The notes under the pieces: generated by a model
The model's input: the letters and a program-made list of their open reading frames with translations, nothing else
Database searches by the model: none
Told to the model about the DNA's origin: nothing
Part shown: piece by piece, positions 58,118 through 64,000 of the stretch
Layout: the number at the start of each line of letters is the position of its first letter
Numbering within the stretch: position 1 is the stretch's first letter
Assembly: GCA_965248695.1 (NCBI GenBank)
Contig: CBDFKD010000002.1
Coordinates: 4,288,001-4,352,000 of the forward strand
DNA from: Acidobacteriota bacterium
GTDB lineage: Bacteria; Acidobacteriota; UBA890; WLXD01
DNA length: 64,000 bases
Reading direction: 5' to 3'
Program-made: the position numbers and the translations under genes

Positions 58118-58495
58118 ATGCAGGTGAATCGAAGAAAGAAGAAGGAGGCCCGTCGGGCCGCTGTACGCCTGCGCGTGCGACGCAAGGTGCGGGGCAGCGA
58201 GAGTCGCCCGAGGCTGGCCGTGTTTCGCTCGCACCGGCATCTGCATCTACAGATCATTGACGACAACGCCGGACGCACTCTGGCGTCGGTGTCGACACTC
58301 GAGAAGGCGTTTCGTAAGCGCGGCTTCGATGTCGGCGGCAATCGTCAGGCCGCCGCCGCGGCCGGCAAGCTGCTCGCCGAAAGGGCGCTCGACGCGGGTA
58401 TCAAGCAGATCGTTTTCGATCGTGGCGGCTACGATTATCACGGGCGCGTACAAGCGCTTGCCGAAGCCGCGCGTGAGGGCGGCCTGGAATTTTGA
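58118..58495 (+). CDS. rplR: 50S ribosomal protein L18
   Basis: RPRLAVFRS and [12 protein letters not shown] motifs. Confidence 0.98.
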   Translation: MQVNRRKKKEARRAAVRLRVRRKVRGSESRPRLAVFRSHRHLHLQIIDDNAGRTLASVSTLEKAFRKRGFDVGGNRQAAAAAGKLLAERALDAGIKQIVFDRGGYDYHGRVQALAEAAREGGLEF

Positions 58496-58508
58496 GGAGA
58501 GGCCGCGA

Positions 58509-59033
58509 ATGAAGAAGCGAGTCAAGTACATCGATCCGTCCCAGGTTGAGCATCAGCTCCAGGACACCGTGGTGGCGATCAATCGAGTTACCAAGGTCGT
58601 CAAGGGTGGCAAGAATCTCGGTTTCAACGCACTGGTCGTCGTCGGGGATCGTCATGGGCACGTTGGTTACGGACTTGGCAAGGCCCGCGAAGTACAACTT
58701 GCGATCCGCAAGGGAGTACAGGAGGCGCAGAAGGCGCTCGTGAAGGTACCGTTGAGCGGCACGACCGTGCCGCATGGCATCGAAGGTCACTACGGCGCCG
58801 GGCATGTTCTGCTCAAGCCGGCCGGACCCGGTACGGGCGTGATCGCCGGCGGGGCGGTGCGCGCCGCGCTCGAGTTGGCCGGGGTCGGCGACATCCTCAC
58901 GAAATGTATCGGGTCGCGTAATCCGCACAACATGTTGAAGGCCACGTTCGATGCGTTCGCCAAGCTCAAGGATCCGGCCGAAGTGGCTCGGGTGCGCGGC
59001 GTACCGCTCGAGCATTTGCAGCCGTCGGGGTAG
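58509..59033 (+). CDS. rpsE: 30S ribosomal protein S5
   Basis: [11 protein letters not shown] and GTGVIAGG motifs. Confidence 0.98.
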   Translation: MKKRVKYIDPSQVEHQLQDTVVAINRVTKVVKGGKNLGFNALVVVGDRHGHVGYGLGKAREVQLAIRKGVQEAQKALVKVPLSGTTVPHGIEGHYGAGHVLLKPAGPGTGVIAGGAVRAALELAGVGDILTKCIGSRNPHNMLKATFDAFAKLKDPAEVARVRGVPLEHLQPSG

Positions 59034-59044
59034 GGATTCCGGGT

Positions 59045-59233
59045 ATGGCCAAGAAGCTGGTTATCGAGCAGACGCGCAGCAAGATCGGCCGTCCGAAGCC
59101 ACAGCACGAGGCGCTCAAGGGACTCGGTCTGCGGCGTATCGGTCATCGTGTCGAGCGGGATGACACGCCGCGCGTTCGCGGCCAAATCAACATCGTTTCG
59201 CATCTGGTGAAGGTGGAGGAGGCCGGATCGTAA
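59045..59233 (+). CDS. rpmD: 50S ribosomal protein L30
   Basis: [14 protein letters not shown] and TPRVRG motifs. Confidence 0.96.
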   Translation: MAKKLVIEQTRSKIGRPKPQHEALKGLGLRRIGHRVERDDTPRVRGQINIVSHLVKVEEAGS

Positions 59234-59269
59234 GGCCGTCGGGCTTGGCGATTCGACAGGAGGCTAGTC

Positions 59270-59713
59270 GTGAAGATCCACGAGATCGGGCCCAAGCAAG
59301 GTAGTCGCCGGACCCGTAAGCGCATTGGTCGTGGTCGATCTTCGGGCCACGGCAAGACCAGCTGTCGCGGCGAGAAAGGCGCCAAGTCGCGCTCCGGATA
59401 CAGCCGTAAGGTGGGTTTCGAGGGCGGCCAGATGCCGCTCGTGCGCCGGATCCCCAAGCGCGGATTCAAGAACCCCTTCCGCACGCACTGGGCAGAGGTG
59501 AATCTCGATCAGCTGACTCGCTTCGAGGCCGGAAGTACTGTCGATGCCGAATTACTCGCCGCCGTCGGTATGATCAAGGGGCGCTACGACAAGGTCGTGG
59601 TGATGGGTCGTGGCGAGATCGAGGTGGCGCTCAACATCAAAGTGCACCGATTCACAAGCTCTGCCGCCGCCAAGATCACCGGCGCCGGAGGCACGGCTGA
59701 GGTGGTCGAATGA
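59270..59713 (+). CDS. rplO: 50S ribosomal protein L15
   Basis: GRGRSSGHGKT and FEGGQMPL.RRIPKRGF motifs. Confidence 0.98.
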   Translation: MKIHEIGPKQGSRRTRKRIGRGRSSGHGKTSCRGEKGAKSRSGYSRKVGFEGGQMPLVRRIPKRGFKNPFRTHWAEVNLDQLTRFEAGSTVDAELLAAVGMIKGRYDKVVVMGRGEIEVALNIKVHRFTSSAAAKITGAGGTAEVVE

Positions 59714-61095
59714 TCGAGAGTTTCCGGAACATCCTGTCGATTCCGGAGCTCCGCCAGCGGGTCTTCTACACCTTCGGCCTGCTCGCTGTTTTTCGCATTG
59801 GCGCCAACATACCGACGCCGGGGGTGAACTCGGCTGCCGTCCTGGAGTTCTTCGAGTCGCTTCAGGGCAGCTTCTTCGGCTTCGTCGATCTGTTCTCGGG
59901 CGGTGCGTTGAGCAACATGACGATCTTCGCGCTCGGGATCATGCCCTACATCTCGTCGTCGATTATCTTGCAGCTGCTGACCGTAGTCTGGCCCTATCTG
60001 GAACGGCTACAGAAGGAAGGCGATCTCGGGCGCAAGAAGATCACCCAGTACACGCGATACGGCACCATTCTGCTGTCGATCATCCAGTCGATGTCTATCG
60101 CGTTCGTGCTGGAGAGCACGACCAGCCCCTCGGGTGCGGCGTTCGTCGACACTCCCGGGCTGTCGTTCCGGCTGATGACGATACTCACGCTGACGACGGG
60201 AACGGCATTCCTGATGTGGCTCGGTGAGCAGATTACCGAGCGTGGCATCGGAAACGGCATCTCGCTGATCATCTTCGCTGGCATTGCGGTCAGCCTCCCC
60301 ACGGCGCTGATCACCACCTATCAGCAGCTCGCCGCCGGCTCGCTCAACCTGCTGACGTTGTTGTTTCTCGGCGTGCTCATGGTCGGCGTGACCGGATTCG
60401 TGGTGCTGATGGAGAGCGCTCAGCGCCGCATACCGGTGCAATACGCCAAGCGCGTCGTAGGCCGCAAGCTGTACGGCGGTCAGAGCACGCATTTGCCGAT
60501 TCGCGTCAACACGGCCGGCGTCATCCCGGTGATCTTCGCCTCGTCGATCATCATGTTCCCGCAGACCATCACGTCGTTCATCACCCACCCGTGGGCGCAG
60601 GCGGTGAGCGACGCGCTGGCGTGGGGCATGCCGCTGTACAACCTGATCTACGTTGCCGGCATTATCTTCTTCTGCTACTTCTACACGGCGATCATCTTCA
60701 ATCCTGAGGATGTCGCCGACAATATGCGCAAGTACGGTGGGTTCGTCCCGGGCATTCGTCCGGGCAAGCGCACGGCACAGTACATCGACGACATCCTCAC
60801 GCGGCTGACGCTGATCGGCGCCGTGTACCTGGCGGCGGTCGCCATGCTGCCGCAGTTCCTGATCTCCGGATTCAAGGTGGCGCCGATTCCGCTGATCGGC
60901 CCGTTTCTCGATTCAATGATGCCGCTGTGGGTCACTGAGGGCCTCGGCGTCACGTTCTTCTTCGGTGGCACTTCGCTGCTGATTCTCGTCGGCGTGTCGA
61001 TGGACACCGTCCGCCAGGTCGAAAGCCAGCTCGTCATGCGGCACTACGACGGTTTCATCAAGGGCGGACGGATCAAAGCGCGGCGGTTCGTCTGA
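59710..61095 (+). CDS. secY: Preprotein translocase subunit SecY
   Basis: FALGIMPYISSSII, GIGNGISLIIF, PGIRPG and GGTSLLI motifs. Confidence 0.99.
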   Translation: MIESFRNILSIPELRQRVFYTFGLLAVFRIGANIPTPGVNSAAVLEFFESLQGSFFGFVDLFSGGALSNMTIFALGIMPYISSSIILQLLTVVWPYLERLQKEGDLGRKKITQYTRYGTILLSIIQSMSIAFVLESTTSPSGAAFVDTPGLSFRLMTILTLTTGTAFLMWLGEQITERGIGNGISLIIFAGIAVSLPTALITTYQQLAAGSLNLLTLLFLGVLMVGVTGFVVLMESAQRRIPVQYAKRVVGRKLYGGQSTHLPIRVNTAGVIPVIFASSIIMFPQTITSFITHPWAQAVSDALAWGMPLYNLIYVAGIIFFCYFYTAIIFNPEDVADNMRKYGGFVPGIRPGKRTAQYIDDILTRLTLIGAVYLAAVAMLPQFLISGFKVAPIPLIGPFLDSMMPLWVTEGLGVTFFFGGTSLLILVGVSMDTVRQVESQLVMRHYDGFIKGGRIKARRFV

Positions 61096-61754
61096 TGCTG
61101 GTGGTCTTTCTCGGGCCGCCGGGCGCCGGCAAGGGGACGCAGGCAGCACGCTTGTCGGCCAAGTACGGCATCCCACAGGTATCCACCGGCGACATGCTCC
61201 GCGAGGCGGTAGCTGCAGACAACGATCTAGGACGCACGGTCAAGGCAATCATGGATTCCGGCGATCTCGTCGAGGACGACACGATGCGCGACGTTGTGCG
61301 CGAGCGCTTGAAGAAACCGGACACTGCGGCCGGCGCCATTCTCGACGGATTCCCGCGGACGAGCGTGCAGGCGACGGCGCTCGACGAGCTGCTCCAGCAG
61401 ACCTCGCACCAGGGCGTTGACCTGGTGCTGTATCTCGATGTTCCGGAGGACGTCCTCGTGGAGCGTCTGTCGCGCCGCCGTGTCTGTCCGGAGTGCGGTG
61501 CCAACTATCACCTGATCTTCAACCCACCGGCACAGGGCGCGCGGTGCGACCGTTGCCGTTCCGAGCTGGTGCAGCGTGATGACGATCGCGAGGCGGTGGT
61601 GCGCGATCGTCTGGCCGTCTATCGCGAGAAGACACAACCGCTCGTTGATCGTTACCAGGAGCGCGGACAGCTCGTTCGAATCGACGGCGATGCCGGGATC
61701 GACGAGGTCTTCGATCGCAGCGACGCGGCACTGGCCGCAATGGTGAGCGCATGA
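61095..61754 (+). CDS. adk: Adenylate kinase with Zn-binding LID
   Basis: GPPGAGKGTQ, STGDMLR, LDGFPR and CPEC...CDRC motifs. Confidence 0.98.
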   Translation: MLVVFLGPPGAGKGTQAARLSAKYGIPQVSTGDMLREAVAADNDLGRTVKAIMDSGDLVEDDTMRDVVRERLKKPDTAAGAILDGFPRTSVQATALDELLQQTSHQGVDLVLYLDVPEDVLVERLSRRRVCPECGANYHLIFNPPAQGARCDRCRSELVQRDDDREAVVRDRLAVYREKTQPLVDRYQERGQLVRIDGDAGIDEVFDRSDAALAAMVSA

Positions 61755-62533
61755 TCGAGTGCAAGTCGATCGCCGAGCTCGACTGCATGTTCGCCGCCAA
61801 CCAGATTGTCGCCACGGTGCGCGACGAGCTGGCGGCGCGTGTTGCTCCCGGCGTGACCACCGCCGAGCTCGACGAGTATGCCGAGGCGCGCGTTCGTGAG
61901 CTCGGTGGCGAGCCTGCTTTCAAGGGGTACCGCGGCTTTCCGGCTACCGTCTGCGCGTCGCTCAACGAGGAGATCGTGCACGGCATCCCGTCGCCGGCGC
62001 GTCGGCTCGCACCGGGCGATATTCTGGGGCTCGATCTCGGTGTCCGTCTCGACGGTTTCTACGGAGATTCGGCGATCACCGTGCCGGTTCCACCGCTAGA
62101 GCCCGAGGTCGATCGGCTGCTCACCGTGACCGCGCAGGCTTTGGACTGCGCCATCCATCAGTGTGTGGCCGGAAATCGAGTTGGCGATATCTCGCATGCC
62201 GTGCAACGACATGTGGAGTCGGCAGGATTCTCGATCGTGCGGGAATTCGTCGGCCACGGTATCGGCACATCGCTGCACGAGGAGCCTCAGATCCCGAACT
62301 TCGGTTCGGCTGGCGTGGGCGCGCGGTTGCGACCGGGTATGGTTCTGGCGATCGAGCCGATGGTGAATCTCGGCGCCGCGTCGGTCGAAGTCCTCGATGA
62401 CGGCTGGACCGCCGTAACCGTGGATCGCACTCCATCTGCCCACTTTGAACACAGTGTGGCGATCACCCATGAGGGCCCCTGGGTTCTCAGCGCATCGGGT
62501 GCGCCAAAAACGGCCCGTGTCGCGAGCCGCTGA
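61751..62533 (+). CDS. map: Methionine aminopeptidase type I
   Basis: VHGIP, GDSA, GHGIG..LHEEP, AIEPM and SAHFEH motifs. Confidence 0.97.
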   Translation: MIECKSIAELDCMFAANQIVATVRDELAARVAPGVTTAELDEYAEARVRELGGEPAFKGYRGFPATVCASLNEEIVHGIPSPARRLAPGDILGLDLGVRLDGFYGDSAITVPVPPLEPEVDRLLTVTAQALDCAIHQCVAGNRVGDISHAVQRHVESAGFSIVREFVGHGIGTSLHEEPQIPNFGSAGVGARLRPGMVLAIEPMVNLGAASVEVLDDGWTAVTVDRTPSAHFEHSVAITHEGPWVLSASGAPKTARVASR

Positions 62534-62540
62534 GTAGAGA

Positions 62541-62762
62541 ATGACGCAGAAGGAACAAGCCGTACAGGTCCGTGCCAAGGTTGTCGAAACCTTGCCGAAC
62601 GCCATGTTCAGGATCGAGCTCGAGAACGGGCACAAGGTGCTCGCGCATATCTCCGGCAAGATGCGGAAGTACTTCATCCGCATTCTTCCGGGCGATGAAG
62701 TGCTCGTCGAGCTGTCCCCCTACGACCTGGCGCGCGGCCGGATCGTGTATCGCTACAAGTGA
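62541..62762 (+). CDS. infA: Translation initiation factor IF-1
   Basis: [18 protein letters not shown] and SPYDL motifs. Confidence 0.98.
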   Translation: MTQKEQAVQVRAKVVETLPNAMFRIELENGHKVLAHISGKMRKYFIRILPGDEVLVELSPYDLARGRIVYRYK

Positions 62763-62817
62763 AGGACTACCCCGAGCCCGAGAGGGCGCGGGGGTGGATG
62801 TCGGCAGGTAGGAATCC

Positions 62818-62826
62818 TGCTACAAT
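62818..62826 (+). promoter_or_regulatory. Possible extended -10 promoter upstream of rpmJ and the alpha operon
   Basis: TGC-TACAAT in the infA-rpmJ gap, followed by an AT-rich leader; no clear -35. Confidence 0.4.
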
Positions 62827-62863
62827 CGGCTCTCCGCTGAAATAAAATTGGTGGGAGTTTGCC

Positions 62864-62977
62864 GTGAAGGTGAGAGCGTCGGTTCGTCGCATGTGTGACA
62901 AGTGCAAGGTCGTGCGTCGCAGAGGCACGGTCTACGTCATCTGCGAGAACCCGAAGCACAAGCAGCGGCAAGGATAG
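62864..62977 (+). CDS. rpmJ: 50S ribosomal protein L36 (below the ORF-track cutoff)
   Basis: Hand translation: [37 protein letters not shown]. Confidence 0.97.
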   Translation: MKVRASVRRMCDKCKVVRRRGTVYVICENPKHKQRQG

Positions 62978-63066
62978 CGCCAGCGCCAGGAACAAAGCGG
63001 CCGGGAGTGGTGTCGAGGTCGACACCGGCTTTCGAACTCGGCGGACGTCAGTAAGAGGAGCTTCCG

Positions 63067-63447
63067 ATGGCCCGTATTGCGGGTGTGGATTTGCGTCTGG
63101 ACAAGCGCGTGGAGATCGCGCTGACCGATATCTTCGGAATCGGTCGTGCGCGTGCGCATTCGATTCTCTCGACCGCCAAGGTGGAAGTGGATTGCCGCGT
63201 CAAGGACCTCACCGAGCAGGAGGTCAGCCGCATTCGTCAGGTGATCGATCGCCAGGGACGGGTCGAGGGCGATCTGCGCAAAGAGCTCCAGATGAACATC
63301 AAGCGACTTATCGAGATCGGCTCGTACCGCGGCATGCGGCACCGGCGCAACTTGCCGGTTCGTGGGCAGCGCACCAAGACGAACGCGCGAACCCGGAAAG
63401 GGCCACGTGGCATGGCCATCAAGAAGAGGCAAAAGGCCAAGCTCTAG
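63067..63447 (+). CDS. rpsM: 30S ribosomal protein S13
   Basis: MARIAGV and [22 protein letters not shown] motifs. Confidence 0.98.
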   Translation: MARIAGVDLRLDKRVEIALTDIFGIGRARAHSILSTAKVEVDCRVKDLTEQEVSRIRQVIDRQGRVEGDLRKELQMNIKRLIEIGSYRGMRHRRNLPVRGQRTKTNARTRKGPRGMAIKKRQKAKL

Positions 63448-63514
63448 GCTCTGGTCGACATCTCTAACGAGCCGACCACGCGGCGACTCCAGAGAGTGAA
63501 TACAGGTTCAGGCT

Positions 63515-63901
63515 ATGGCAAATCGAAAGCCAACCAAGAAGAAGGTCAAGAAGAACATCGTGGCGGCCATCGCCCACGTGCAGGCGACCTTCAACAACAC
63601 GATCATCACGATCGCCGATACGGAAGGCAACACGATCTCGTGGTCCAGTTCGGGATCGAAAGGATTCAAAGGATCGCGTAAAGGCACGCCGTTCGCCGCC
63701 CAGATCGCCGCTACCGATGCCGCCACGAAGGCCAAGGAGCACGGCGTTCAGCGGGTCGAGATCCGCGTAAAGGGACCCGGGGCGGGCCGCGAATCGGCCA
63801 TCCGAGGGTTGCAGTCTGCCGGCATCACAGTCACGGCGATCCGCGATGTGACGCCGATCCCGCACAACGGATGCCGGCCGCCGAAGAAGCGCAGAGTCTG
63901 A
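63515..63901 (+). CDS. rpsK: 30S ribosomal protein S11
   Basis: [20 protein letters not shown] and [12 protein letters not shown] motifs. Confidence 0.98.
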   Translation: MANRKPTKKKVKKNIVAAIAHVQATFNNTIITIADTEGNTISWSSSGSKGFKGSRKGTPFAAQIAATDAATKAKEHGVQRVEIRVKGPGAGRESAIRGLQSAGITVTAIRDVTPIPHNGCRPPKKRRV

Positions 63902-63926
63902 GTTTGGTCTTCAGGAGGTAACAACA

Positions 63927-64000
63927 TTGGCGCGTTATACGGGCCCCGTCTGCAAGCTGTGCCGGAGGGAAGGGATGAAGCTCTTCCTGAAGGGCACCCG
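63927..64000 (+). CDS. rpsD: 30S ribosomal protein S4, 5' fragment truncated by the window end
   Basis: AGGAGG, TTG start, then [22 protein letters not shown]. Confidence 0.93.
   Translation, partial: MARYTGPVCKLCRREGMKLFLKGT

Overview
High-GC bacterial chromosome segment, most likely Acidobacteriota (recalled SecY and RpoC N-terminus signatures; not tested by search). It has three parts. (1) 1-12.8 kb is an accessory, partly decaying locus. It holds a tandem array of secreted proteases: lysyl-endopeptidase-like S1 serine proteases and matrixin-like M10 zinc metalloproteases. These catalytic heads are joined combinatorially to two types of Cys-paired FN3-repeat tails, and the array is translationally coupled to a GT-C / ArnC-like GT2 / WecD-like acetyltransferase module. 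A 289-bp structured MITE-like element follows, and its ends supply the stop codons of two convergent genes. (2) 13-32 kb carries nadE, a ribbon-helix-helix/HD-GYP fusion, a BON lipoprotein, a Kdo-lipid A/heptose operon ending in an ICMT-family (LmtA-like) methyltransferase, rlmN, purE/purD, rpsU, a second GT-C/GT2 pair, gltX and rlmB. (3) 32.5-64 kb is the contiguous core expression supercluster: 5 tRNAs, tuf, secE-nusG-rplKAJL-rpoBC, str, S10, spc and the start of the alpha operon. All four visible gene lesions (amber stop, multi-deletion remnant, 494-bp tandem duplication, frameshift) lie in the first 12.8 kb. No CRISPR array, rRNA, transposase or prophage was seen.
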